Shown piece after piece: positions 13,000-26,840 of a stretch of 64,000 nt of DNA (within the stretch, counting starts at the first letter, position 1; every line of letters begins with the position of its first letter). The DNA comes from the human T2T-CHM13v2.0 reference genome, Homo sapiens: the NCBI RefSeq assembly GCF_009914755.1, contig NC_060930.1; one strand, written 5' to 3'. The position numbers and the translations under genes are program-made. The notes beneath the pieces were generated by a model that saw nothing but the letters and a program-made list of their open reading frames with translations, did not search any database and was not told the DNA's origin.

Positions 13000-14960
13000 G
13001 GAGAAAAAAATATCAAGTGAAACAAAATATGAAGCAAAGAAGCATACCCATACATTTTATGAAAACTATATATGATAGAGGTGAAATTAGAAAGCAGTGG
13101 GAAAAAAAGATGCATGTCATTAGGACAATTGGTCAGGCAGATGGAAAAATTTAAAGTTGTTTTCTACCTCACACCATAAGAAAAGAAATATAAAATTAGA
13201 TCTAAAAATCAAACGAGAAAAGCAAAATTTCTAGAATTTAACAAAAAAATAGAAAAGAATGTTATGAGTATGTATATGGCTAATAAATTATTTTCTCTTC
13301 AAACAAGACAAAAAGTAAAAACTAGAAAAATGCTAAATGCATGTTCCTGCATTTTTACTATCTTTAGATAGTTTTTTAAAAAAAAGGCAAACTACCATTT
13401 AAAATGATATATCTGCAACAACTACTACTTAATCAAAAGAAGGTAGTTAAAAAAGGTAAGCTACCATTTAAAATAATATATCTGCAACTACCGCTACCTA
13501 ATCAACAACATTAGCATTCAGCACATACCATTACCTTCTCCAAATTTCTGATAGACAATCACCCCAACAGGAAAATGGGAAAGTCATAAGAACAAGAGCT
13601 ACCCATATGAGGAAACTCAAATGGACAGATTAATAAAAACATGCCCCCATTGGTAATCAGATAAATGTTAATTAAAATACTGAACCATAAGGTAACATCC
13701 ATTAGAATGGCACAAAAAATACAGAGAAAAGAAGTCTCATACTATGAGCGTGAGACTGTGTATAATAGCTTAAGTTCCTTGGAGAGCAATTTCACAATAT
13801 TTAGTAAACTTTGCATTAAGGATGTGCATAATCTTTGACTAAGTAATTCTACATCTTCGTGTATGTATATCTTAAAGAAATATGTATATATGTATAGAGA
13901 CATATATAAAAATGTTTACAGTGCATCGTTTATAATAGGAAAAGCAAAACAAATCATTTAAAATATTCAATGATTTTAAAGTATGATGATTCAATGATAA
14001 TTTAAAAATACATATGTACTGAGAAAGATTCTCTTCTTGGCAAAACTTTAGTCAGGTTTCTGAACCTTCTCCTAGGTCCATCTGTGCACTTCCTTGTAAA
14101 ATCCAGTTTTGACAAAGAAGCCCCCACCCTTGATATCTGATCACCTCTAATATCTGATAAAGCCCTTATCCTCCAGCATCCTTCTGGTAATATCTGATCA
14201 ACCCAGTCTATCTTCAGCAAGAATCCCGTTAGGTCAGTTTAGCCATAATCCCTCTTACTGCTGTTTCCTCTGAGTAATTTTTCATCCACTGATTCCCACA
14301 CTGATCCTTGGCTATAAATTTCCACTTAACCCATGCTGTATTCAGAATTGAGCCCAATCTCTTCTCCACTGCAAAGTCCCATGGTGTGGTCCCTATACCT
14401 ATCATGATGGTCCTGAATAAAGTCTTCCTTATTGTCTTTTAACAAATATCATTGAATACATTTTTATTTAACAATTAATGTACCTCTGGCACATATGTGT
14501 GTGTATTTATAGAGAGAGAATGAAGTGCTAAATAAAATTTAAAATGATTGAAAGAGAACTCCATATATTGATATGAATAATGTCAAAAATATCATATTGA
14601 GTAAACAAAGCGAGCTCCCCAAGAAAATGTGTAGAATATATATGTATTTGCATAAATTTTCAAAATCTGTAAAGCAATACTGTATATTGTATGTGAATAC
14701 GTATTTATGTAGTAAGAGTTGGAAAAAAATAAATGACAATGAAGAGTACCAAGTTCTATATGGCTATTAACTCTGAGTATGGAAAAATCACATTTTTACT
14801 GGGTACATAGGAATCTTCATATGCCTCTGAAGTATTCTGTTTTTAAAAAAAAAAATTTGAAGCAACTGTTGTAAAACATGGGGATCTGATAGATCTGGGT
14901 AGTGGGTATGTAATTGTCATTTTTTTATTCTCCATGCTTTTCACATATATGAAATATTGC
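13000..14960 (+). mobile_element. Old L1 (L1ME-like) 3' region, interrupted by MER31A
   Basis: tacctcacaccata, ggtaatcagataaatg...catccattagaatggc, ggagagcaatttcacaatatttagt and A-rich L1ME 3' UTR features. Confidence 0.65.
14020..14473 (+). mobile_element. MER31A-like ERV1 solo LTR
   Basis: tgagaaagattctc...aaactttagtcagg...ctgtgcacttccttgtaaaatccagtttt...ggctataaa...gaataaagtcttcctt...tttaaca. Confidence 0.85.
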
Positions 14961-16039
14961 TTAATATAAAGTGGAACAAAGGTGAAAAATACCATAAAAT
15001 AAATCAGATTAATATCACAATAAAATAGAATGTTTTTATATTATTAAATATTAAAGTATCTAAATTGTACTATGCCTGTCCAACCACTAAATATTTTATA
15101 AAGAAATGCATTGTGTAAATTTCAATTGCATTAATACAGGGTTATTTTGTGTCTAGGGGAAACATTCAATTAGCTCTGATGTAGGAATATGAACCTGCAA
15201 ATTAATAATGTATACATGGTTTACATTACTCCAGACAAAAATTATTTGTCATAAGAAGCCGTGCCAACCAACATACAATCTACACCCCAAAAGTTGTGTT
15301 AAAAAACTGGAAACAAATATCTCAAACTAATCATAATAACTCTTACTAGGCTAAAGGACAAGCATATTGATTGTATTATGCTGCTAGTCTCTTCTTCTCA
15401 ACCCTGAATTTGGATTTCACCCAACTTCAAATTCTTCTACTTCTTCTATAATATGGATCTCTTCCCCTTTCATCAGCTCTGGAGTTGGTGGTCAGCTTGG
15501 ACCTTGGCATCCCTTATGGAAACTCTCCAGGTAACTGGGCATCGTTTAATTTTTTGAAAATTTTCACAGAGAAGTTTTTAAGAAGTATGGCCTCTGTTTT
15601 CCAAAAACGGTTTTATCTGCCTCATTACAATATACTGGTTTGTTTTTATTTTGACTTTTAAGTCATCTAATCCTCTGAGCAGCATTCTATGTATTTTTAT
15701 TTCTCTCATTTTATAAATGAGACAATTGTGACTCTGCTATATTATGTGACTTGTTCAATAAATGACAGAGTTTTGATTCAAATGCAGAACTTCTAACATT
15801 CAGCTACCCAGAGATTCTCTTATGCCCTCCTTGAGAGACCAGGGATAACAAAATATTACTTAAATCTGCTTGGATTTTTAGGAAACTGGTAAGTTAAACT
15901 CACACAATATTATATATGTAGATAAACTTACAATATACTGTTTTAATTGTCTAGTATTTTTATCATTTTATCTAAAGATCTTTACTTTTCGGATTGCAAA
16001 TATTACACAAAGCTTAATTAAATACAGATGTTACACAAA

Positions 16040-16510
16040 GATAACTTGAAAATAAAAGCCTCTGAAAATTTTACCCATCAGAAATCACCATGCTAAGTAA
16101 TTTAATGTGTGTAACTACAACTTTCCTGAGAGTATTAACCATATTTATCATTAAAATTTATCATCTTAACATTCGAATGAAAAATACACTAATTGTTTTT
16201 CAAGCTGATTTTTTTCACGTAATATATCTAGGGCATATTTTGCTTGTTTATACACTACCTACTTAATTCTTTTCAAGAGCTGTGTAGTTTTTCAAAATAT
16301 AACCAGTTTCACATCCTTGTATATTAAGATTCTTCTCATGGATTGCCATGACAAAGGAAGCGACAACAAACTCTCATAGATCTCTCCTCAAGCACTTGTG
16401 GGAATGTTTACATAGAATAAAAGTCAAGAAATAGAAATGCTAAATATAAGGGCATAAACATTTTTTATTTTTTCTAAATATTGTTAAAATATCCTCAAGA
16501 AAAGACTGTC
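16040..16510 (-). mobile_element. Old L1ME 3' UTR fragment
   Basis: ttttttcacgtaatatatctagggc ... tagaaatgctaaatataagggcataaacattttt. Confidence 0.45.
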
Positions 16511-17232
16511 TCGTTCCATTAACATTATAATTTTAAGTAAACGTTAACGTGCTCCAAGTCTTGTGAACCTGAGCACCAAGTTTGCAGCTCAGGATCCTCA
16601 ATTATAAAATAAGGAAAGCAATGTTTGCCAAATCTATTTCACAGCACTGCCATAAAAGCCAAATAAAATATTCCATCTGAAAGCATTTGTAAAATGTTTT
16701 TATTTCAAAATCCAATCTTTCAACTAAAAGAGAGTACCTGCATATGGTAAAAAGTACCTGCATATTTGTAAATGATACAAACAAGTATTATAATCAAAAT
16801 GTCCCTTGGACAGATGGCCAGTCCCTTTCTGTGGAGCCACAGGAATGTCTAAACATGTATGTCCAATTTGTCTACTGTCATTTGTTATCCCTTCTTCATT
16901 CAATCTGTTGAAAATCAGACCTTTCCGCAATGCTTTAAAATCTCATCCCTATTTTCTAATAGATGTTTCCATAATGAGCTCGCCATTTCTTTTTTTGTTC
17001 TGACTTTTCATTAACATTTGGTGAATTTTGATGGCCCTTCTATCTTTGTAGCTGAGACTGCTCACTAGATTATCTGCTGCATTAAATGTACAGCCTGATT
17101 TGGTGAAATGAGTAACTCAGCGACAGGTCTCCTGGCTATAAATGGGTCATCTCAGATGTAGCCATTTTCCTTGGGCATACTTTTGTTTTTTTCCACCCCA
17201 AGCTTCTGTACTCACCACTTAGGAAATTTTCA

Positions 17233-17388
17233 TTTTTATTTTTAGAGGTAGGGTCTTGCTCTGTCACCCAGGCTGCAGTGTGGTGGCACAATCACAGCTC
17301 ACTATAATCTCAAACTCCAGGGCTCAAGCAATCCTCCCACTGGAGCCTCCTGAGTAGCTGGGACTACAGGCCACATCGCCAGGCCAGG
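17233..17388 (-). mobile_element. Alu monomer (FRAM / AluJ right arm)
   Basis: agggtcttgctctgtcacccaggctgcagtg...ggctcaagcaatcctcccac...agctgggactacagg. Confidence 0.88.
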
Positions 17389-20149
17389 TCATTAGCACTT
17401 TCACCTGGAGGCAGACATTCTCATCATTGCTGATTAGCCCTGCCTGGTGCTCCTGCTGCCACCGGCTTTCCCTGGGCCTCTCCAAATCCCTGAGTCCATC
17501 AGTTCTAGAAATGAGGCAACCCTGAGGCTACGCCCATTTCCGTGATTGTGTTCTCCTACGTCTTCACCTTCACATTTTCTCTTCATGAGATGAAAGGCTA
17601 CTCAGCATACACTCTTAAAACAAATGAATAAAAATAAATTGATCTTGGAGAATTTCATAATGTTCAATAGCCTGGTGCAAATCCATGTGTATACGAAGGG
17701 GTGAGAAACTTGGAAATGGAAAACGTGTAAGAAAATCTAATGCAGAAACTTATTCTCACACACCATTAGTAGGTAATCTAGAAGCTGCAAAATCTCTTTG
17801 CTTCACAATTCTCTTCTGTTTTTATTTCTCATATTTGATAGTATAAGATCAGTGAACATACAACTCCAACTACTTTAAATTGCATGTCAATAGATGTGGT
17901 AATTATCAATGCTCACCTAAATAATAGCTATGTATCCTGAATTATGTTACGTTACTACATATGATGACATATTTTATAAATTTAATCTCCAGTAATAAGG
18001 TTGTAATTAAATGCTTATTGATTTTGTAATTTTAAGCTCATTGCTAAGAAACATTATTACACATACTTATTTGTTTCCAATTCCTCATTGTCTTGAAATA
18101 ACTTAATCAAATACTTAGAAGGCAACTCACTTAAAAGTGTTGCTTAGAAACAGAATCAATACGTTAAGGAATAAAATAAAGTGAAACTGTGAGTATTTCT
18201 TATAATTGTAATATAAACAAGCAAGATGAAATGCTTATACTCTGAAACCCTAAGGGAATGTTTCAGAAGAAGTTATCTCTCTCATTGTTTACAAGAAAAT
18301 CAACAGTTTTCTGTAGACATGCTATTCAAGAATTATTTAGCAATGTTAAACTCATGAATTAGGTTAATCATCCAAGAAAATGTGATCACTTGTCATACCA
18401 TTTATGATGTCCGTACATACTGAAATAGGGTAACACTAAAGAAATTTTAAATTGTAGATATTTTTATTTCAATATAGAGCTAAACATTTAGCTAAAAGAA
18501 ACGTATTTGGATAGGTGGTTTTATAGCTGTCATTCAAAAATTCAAATTTGAGTGAATTTTAAAAAGTGTGTTATTGTTTAATCATTTTGTATAGAGAATG
18601 GAATTGTTCTCTACATTAGAGCATCCAAAGTAAGAAAATTTTGAGATTTCAGCATGGATTTGTTGTCCTTACAAAATCCATGCATTATAAGCTGAGGAGG
18701 GAGATACGTGAAACACTGCTGTTGCTGAAACCATTAAGGCAACTTACAGAGCATATATCCCTGAGTTTCTGACTTTATTTTCAGAATTTTGCTTCTCAGG
18801 CAAATTCCAATCACTTAAATCAAAAAACCAAAATGGAGATCAATTAAGATCTCTTCCTGAAATAGCTTATCAGTCATCAAGCGTGAATAAAGGAGACAGA
18901 GAGACTTTGAGAGACAAGGTGTCTAGATAATGATCTCTCTCTTCTAGTCTGAGGGCTTGTCCCATAACGCTGTGTGTCAAAGACCTCATATGCTGAGCGA
19001 AAGATGAGAGAATTCCTCTAACACACCACGAAGAATGGACCTCAATTAGTTTCCTCTGAACCAATTGTGCAAAGAAAGGACCTTTGCAAAAAACATACGC
19101 CTAGTCTTAAAGAGGTAGAAGAAATTACAGACACTCTTGTTGAGGATGGAAATGTCCCAGGGACCCTAGCTTAATTCCACATCAGCTCTATGTGTAAATT
19201 TTCCTCACTTCCTTCAAAAAAATCTGCTCCTTAATGTCAGAGCAAATTTCAGCTCAGCAAAATGTTGAAGGGACTAGTCTTGATGTTTGCCAACTGATTG
19301 CAATAGCTCCATTTTTAATAGAAATAGCATTTAAAAAGTATAAATTAAACACTTCCAAAATCCTCCCTGATCTTTATACCCTCCCTTTTGATTTCTTTTA
19401 TCCATGCCTCCTAGGTCATAAAAACAATAGTTATTAATGCTCTTTTTTGTTAGTTCAAACGGTAACTATCATTATTGCAAATGGCAATTGCTAGTCTCTC
19501 TGCAATAACCTCGTTCCTAAATAAAATTTTCTTGTTTTGTTAATTGTCTTGCTGTACTCGCATTAAGGTTTACTTTTTATAAGTGAATAATGGCATGAAA
19601 ATTTGCTGGAACAAACAATAATATTAGGTGGCTTATATTCAACTTTATGGTTTTTCAGGGGATTTCAATCTGCTTATAGTTACACAGAATTTTTCTAAGA
19701 CAACTGTAAGCAGTGCTTACCTGGCTAACTGAATAGGGAAAAGTTACTACATTCACAAGATTTTAAGAAATGAAAAGACTATACAAATAATTTAGTTCAG
19801 GTTCCTTATTCGACTGATTAGGGAATAGAAATTAGGAAATTGTTGAGTCACTGAATGACTTACTAGGAAATGACATTGTCCAAATAAAATAATCGATTTC
19901 CTAATACCCAATATAGGACTCTTTTCCTTACATTATAATTTCTTCGGGAATATTTTCGACCAACTGAAAACTTATTAAATAACTTTCAAGTTCCTGGCGC
20001 CTATGTCTATCTATATGTATGTATTTGTATGTAACTGCATGAATGAGTAATTCATTTCAAATGTCATAGAATCCTGGAACTTTGCTCTGCTCTGTGAGGC
20101 TACAGCGGGAGATGCTTCCTTAGCGTCCATGGCTTCAAGCAAAGAAAAT

Positions 20150-20460
20150 GATAGGTCCTGGGCGAAAGCTTTTACACTGGCTCATAAGGCCTGATGGTCA
20201 AGCCCTCTTCCCCTGCCCCTTCACCTCTCTCAGGTCATCTCTGATCACTCTCTGTCTTCTCACACCACTCCAGCCCCTCTCGCCTCCTGTGTCTGGAGTG
20301 TGCCTGGCTCACTCCTGCCTCTGAATATTTGCACTTGCTTTTCCTACTGCTGGAATTGCCTCCCTTCCTGTATTCTGGATAAATTGTCACCTGGATGGCT
20401 CACCTCCATTCATCAGAAACCCTTATTCTAGGGCCATTTACTTTAACTCCTTTTCAAACA
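20150..20460 (+). mobile_element. L2 fragment
   Basis: ctggctcataaggcctgatggtc...actcctgcctctgaatatttgcacttgctttt. Confidence 0.55.
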
Positions 20461-23400
20461 TTTCTTTATTATAGCAGCAGTTATTAAATTATTTCTAAGA
20501 AAAGTTGTTTCTATGTGATACCCTGCCATCTGACTACTTCATGTTTATCCCATTTATGTAATCCAAGGGAAGTCCTGTAGGCCAGTTAAACATCAATCGG
20601 GAAAACGGCAAAACAAAACAAAACACACAACCAAAAAAAAACAGCATATTTTGAAAGGTGTGCATGGATCATGGGTAAGTCAACGCTATTGCATCTCTAG
20701 GTTTTAAAATGGGAGTCCTCTCAACAATGTGGCGAATGGATAAATCTTTTCTGGAGTTGTGGATGATAATCCCTATGGCTGAGTGCCTAGACTTGACTGC
20801 AAATTAAGAGGGAGACAGAGAGACTGAGGCACTTCCTGGTCTCTTATTACATTTCAGAGTTCCTATTCAGGGCTCCCTTAACGTAAGACAATTCTTACCC
20901 TCTAACATTTTACAAGGAAAATGTAAAGGGAGACACATCTCAAAAAGATTAATCAAATGTTTAGCTGTATAAAAATTGTGAAAATCGGTTATATGAGAAG
21001 TAATTTTGTTCCTAAACAATTTTAAAATATTAAACATTTTTCTCTCCTTCTTCAATTTTAATATTAAAGCCCAGAAGGATGATTATTCACAATTATTCTA
21101 TTTCAATTTCTTGCAAGGCATTTGCTCTAAAAAAAAGTACCCTCATTAAAAATAATCTTTATGATAGAAATTGCATTGAATTATTTCAGGATATAACTCA
21201 ATACTCTACTGATTATAGTCTTTGGGTTAAGACCCTGAAACCCCTAGTTGTACTAATATGTATTTTTTTCTTTTCTATTCCATTGTTAATTGCAGGTGGT
21301 GATGAAGCTAACAAACCTTGTAAACAAATATTTACACAATTACTGGAACATTACCTCATTAAGTAGTAAGTTTGGAAAGATTTTGTTTGCCTATTTGGTT
21401 TGTGAAACAGACCTCTAGATAGAAAAACTGACACAATTTTCATGACGATTTATAAAAAACAAAACTATTTTATTTAATTTATATTCTAATTTTATACATT
21501 TGCAATAAAATCTACATAAAAGTTGGAGAAAAGAAAGATTTCTACATGACAATAATTATCTTTATGAATGACCAATAGAAAATATTTTCTAAAGTAAATA
21601 AGAGTTGTTGAATCCAATTCTTTAGGTAAACAACCCAAAATCTTAGACAGATGTAATCTTTAGACCATAATAATTAAGAAATTATTAGGATGTATTAATA
21701 GTTGAACATTAAATAAGAAATATTTTGGAAACTCTTGAAAGTAATAAATAAATATTGTGGAGGAAAATAAACCAGGAACTTGGTGTCATCACAGAATAAT
21801 TAGTTATTGAGAAGAGATTTTTGAAATCAAGATTCAGATAAACACAGACTCTAACAACATATGGAGTCTGCTGGGAGATAAAAACAGCAGTTGTTCCTAA
21901 AGGGCAACGCGCTTGTTGCAGATGGACTGTATGCCTCTCGGGGAAAGGGAAGTAAATGAGTTTCCTGTGTTGACATCGGGGTGGTCTTCTCCTTAGCTTG
22001 TGAGGAGTCAGTTTCTCACAGCACAGAGGGAGAGAAAGGAAGTCCCAAAAGCCCCCCTACTTCCCTACACAAGGGTGCAAAGCAACAGCTTAGGAGCAAT
22101 TGCAACGGAGAGAGGCCACAGGTCGGGGATGAATCTGCAGCATCTTTGGGCTCACAGAGAATGGGAACAGCCTCTGGGCTTTTTTGCTAAGGAAGATTCC
22201 TGCTCCTTCCTGGAAACCCAGCCTGGGTGCCAACCAGTCTGCACAAAGTGGATGGGTTGGTACATGTAGCAGCAGTGTCTGCAGCGCAGAGGCCTAGGAC
22301 TGTCTTCCGTTATCAGAAGGGTTGGGCAAAAACAGCCACTGCAATGAACTGGATGCCGCCTAGACATGAGGAAATGCCTCTGTGAACTGCTCCAGGGATC
22401 TGCCCTACTTTGAAGCCAGACAGAAAAGTGGATAGAAACTGCCATCCCGACAAATCTGCTTATCGGCTCAACATGGAATGACTATTTTGTTACTCTCATA
22501 CTTCCAAGTTAATCTAGAGACATAGCTGCTACAAAATTTAAGAGTATGTCCTTTTTATCTTTCTCGTTGTAAGTCAGTGTCCTTTCTTTGTGTCTCCACT
22601 ATTTTACGTTAGTCACAAGTTGGCCCTGTGTTATTCTTACTCTTTCAAAACAACAGCTGAGTCTTTATTCAAATTCAACAGAAGATGAATCCCAGAGATA
22701 TATGAGTTTCATAGATGAATTGGAAAGAGACATGTGTTTGGTCTGCATTTCTATGAAATGAGAATGAATATATTAATTCTTCAAATAAAAGTAAAAAATG
22801 GCTTTGAGTTAACAGAAAGATGGATATTCATTTTATAAAATTTAATTTCCAATTACCATGCTGCGTATGCATGGGTAAATAGGCAAAGAGATAAGATTTG
22901 CAGTGACAGACTGGAGAAAGAAGAATCATCCTACTAATTCAGACGACATCTGGGCTATTCAGACAACAACAGTCAACATTTAGAAAATGAGTATTAAATT
23001 CTTACTGATTTGTCCAGCTCTATCAGAGTGTTCATTTTACTGAAGACATTTTGGACTTTAATTTTAAAATACAGAGCAAGCCTCTCAAGAGTGAAATCCT
23101 TTTTGTAACTGACCAAGTCTATCTGTCCAGATTGCATTTTTAAAAGTAATACATAGAAAAAGGAGCAACTGATATTTGAACAGCTAGCAAGTTCATCAAA
23201 ATATTGTTAAATGTGTATAACTTTATTAAAAGCATGTAAGTATTATTTCCCTTAAACATATTTAAAGCTAATTTTGTTTCTCAACAATAAACTTTGATGT
23301 TTTTGTTTTTGTTTGGAACTTTCAAACACTTGAAAACTAGTGTATACCTTAATTCACCCAATATTTTGATAAATTCTAGGAAAACACTTCATCTTACGTT

Positions 23401-26235
23401 TCATGCCATATTCATTGAAAAACTGTTCACTGGCCTTGTACTACCTTAAGTGTGCTTCCCAAGCTACTGTCAAGGTAGGAAGGACTCTGAGAGGACAGGG
23501 GCTGTTCTAACATTCTATTTAGGGCCTACTTCTGATTAGAGTATTTCATCCAGTGCCAGAAAGCCACAAAGCCTTCTAGTTTTCTTTCTTTTTTGGTCCA
23601 GTCTAGTCTTAGCTAGGTTAATTCAGCTGTCCTGAGTGATTAATTGCTGAGCTCAGAAATAAATATCCTGTGTCACATCAAATTCCTTTATATTACTGTG
23701 TGTGGTCTCCTGCACTCATCAACAGATATGTATACATGGTGATTGAACAAAAACATACCCTTTCCCACCCCCACCTCTCTCTACCACACAAAACAATTCT
23801 AACTGAGGGGATATTGCTGGAGTAGTACAGCAGCTAAGAGGGAAGATTCAATGTGTTACAAAAACATCACAAGGATTGGCATTTTCTACTTCCAAAAGGT
23901 GTTTTTACCTAAAAACTTTCCTTCTGTGTTGTCAAAATACCTTAATTAGAAGTTGACTATCAGAAAATGACCTTGCAGCTTTTCTTTTTTTTTTTTTTTT
24001 TTAACATTCCTTCAATCAGCCTTTTCAACATTCAGTGATTAACCAAAAAGTATTTTAAACAAATGGGAATAGTTAGATCAGTGCTAAATATGCCACCAAC
24101 ACAAATATTACTAATTGTATGAATATCTCTACAGCTTAGGGACTGTGGTAAACTGAAAAAGATCAGATCATCTTAATGATTCTGCATTGAAGCAATGGGA
24201 AAGGAAAATAGGGTTGATGTTTTGACTGTAAGTTACCATTCACTAGAACACAGAAGTAATTCCCAGTGTATCTAGTTATAAGAATGAATCTTACTGCAGA
24301 GGAGGTTGAAATGTATCATATCCATCTGTTTCTTTGGACAGAAAGACTTCTTGTTATACAACAAGTGATCTGACAGCAGCAAGAACATTGAGAAACTAGC
24401 CACTGTGGAAAAAAAGAACCATCATTAAAAAAAAATAAGGCCAAATTATCTCCCAAATTTATTGGGGGAAAAAAAAATCTTTGGTTAAAGAAAACAGATT
24501 TGCCATGGGGAAGTGTTAGTCTATATTTGGAATAAAATATTAGTAAAATATGAATTTAAACATTTGCCAGACTGTGTAAATGGAGAGTTGAAGAAATTCT
24601 CAGGGCCTGGAGAATTTTAAGGGTGCAGAACAATCTTTATCGGTTGTCCACAAAGATTACCTTCTGCATATGAAAATGCAAGACTCCACTTCATTAGTCT
24701 ATAGAGATGCTTTTTCTTTCAACATCCTAAAGACTGCTTACAGTAAAGGAAATGCAGGAGTAAATTATGCAACCAGATAAAAGTTCCACAGGAAAGGTAG
24801 AATGTTTTCACAACAGTAGTGGGATAAGGGAGTCCAAGTCAAAACCCTGCACGAAATGAGTATCCTGAAATACTGGGAGATTAACACAAATGCAGGATTC
24901 AGTTTATACTGTTATTCAATGATCAGTTAATCTGAAAAAGATGAAACAAAGCTAAAATACTGGACCTCTCTGGGGGCATAAAAATAGATCTGTTTGGTGA
25001 AGAAGTAAGCAAGAAAAGAGGACTTATTCAAGGAAATGATCAGAACAACAGGTCAAATCAGGCCATTTCACTAGGTTGAATCTCTAGTGGGAGAGATTTA
25101 GAAACCCAAAGGCTACAGAAACAGATCTTGTGTGAGTGGTAATGTGAGATTATAGCACCAATAGTTAGGTCATCAGTGTAAAACACACTTTTTTTCGGTT
25201 TTTATTTTTGTTTTTCTCTTTAATGATGTACTGTAAACTAACCCAAGTAATACCAACCTAATGTGATAGGAGTAAATAGCAACGGAAACTAAAACACAGT
25301 TATGCCTTCCTTATTGATATATGAATACCAACGTCTCTTTTTAAATGCCTTCTATTGAGAATAAATAAGAAGGTATAACAAAATGCCTACTAGGTTAAAA
25401 TACATCATTTTCCTTTTTAAATAACATATTAACATTTGTTTAAAGTTTACATGTTTTGAGGAGCTGTAGGAAAAGCTTATTTGATTTGAAACTCATAATA
25501 ATTCCTTAAAACAAAGCAGATTTGATTATCCTTGTTTCACAGATGAGAAAATTCAGAACCAATTAAATGTATGGATGACTGAGACTGAGCTCATCAAATA
25601 TCCATGTGCTTCCTGTTTGTTTTCCAGCTTCTCCAGCAGTGAAGTTGGAGCCTTGTGACCTGTGCCCGACAGACTGTACTGTGAGCAGAAGCAGTGTGTT
25701 TTCCTGAGCTAAGGCAGTTCCCACGAGTGAACCTCCCTGAGCTGTAGAGACCTCGAACAATGTGTGTTTCAGTTGGCCTACCTGACAATGGAGAGGGCTA
25801 ACACACATCGGACAGGATGAGTGTGGAAAATAATTCATTCTCACGTTAATCACTGGATTTCCGAGTTTGCACTTGCAACCCCTAATGTTCAATGCCTTTA
25901 CTAATGTAGATATTGGAAATTGAAGTTAGATGCTACTGTATCAAAAACATAAAATATATGCTATTGGGTCAGTTTCAGATGTGAATGGCGAGGTGACTGG
26001 TATTAGAGGAAGAAAATGTAGTGGTTGGGTCAGGCTAACCCAAAGCATAAAAGGACATTGCCACCTGTGATCAGAAGGGAGGTTAGCCACATGCTTATTG
26101 TTTTGCAATTTAGAAAAAGAGCTTGGAAAGAAGTGTGTTTTCTGAATTGGCTACTATTGGTGGTAGTTGGCAAGATGCTGTAGAGGTGAATTGAGCGGGG
26201 AAAAAGTTACCAGCTAGCAATTAGAAATCAAAAGG

Positions 26236-26586
<351 letters not shown>

Positions 26587-26623
26587 TTAAAAGGAATAGG
26601 TGATATTCAGAAATTCAGAGAGT

Positions 26624-26782
26624 AGCCAGGCACAGTGCTCATGCCTGTAATACCAGCACTTTAGGAGGCTGCAGCAGAAGGATCACTTGAGCCTGGGAGG
26701 TCCAGGCTACATTAAGCCATGATTGCACCACTGCACTCCAGCCTGGGTAACAGAGCAAGACCCTGTCTAAAAAAAAAATAAA
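26624..26782 (+). mobile_element. Alu monomer (FRAM-like)
   Basis: Single arm ending ccactgcactccagcctgggtaacagagcaagaccctgtct plus A tail. Confidence 0.88.
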
Positions 26783-26840
26783 CAGAAGTAGAAATTCAGG
26801 GACTGGATAGTTTGGAAAATCAAGCAAGGCAAACAAAATA

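Noticed and set aside
18652-18683. Short hairpin gcatggatttgt...acaaaatccatgc
   Set aside because: Only about 12 bp with a bulge; plausible by chance in 64 kb.
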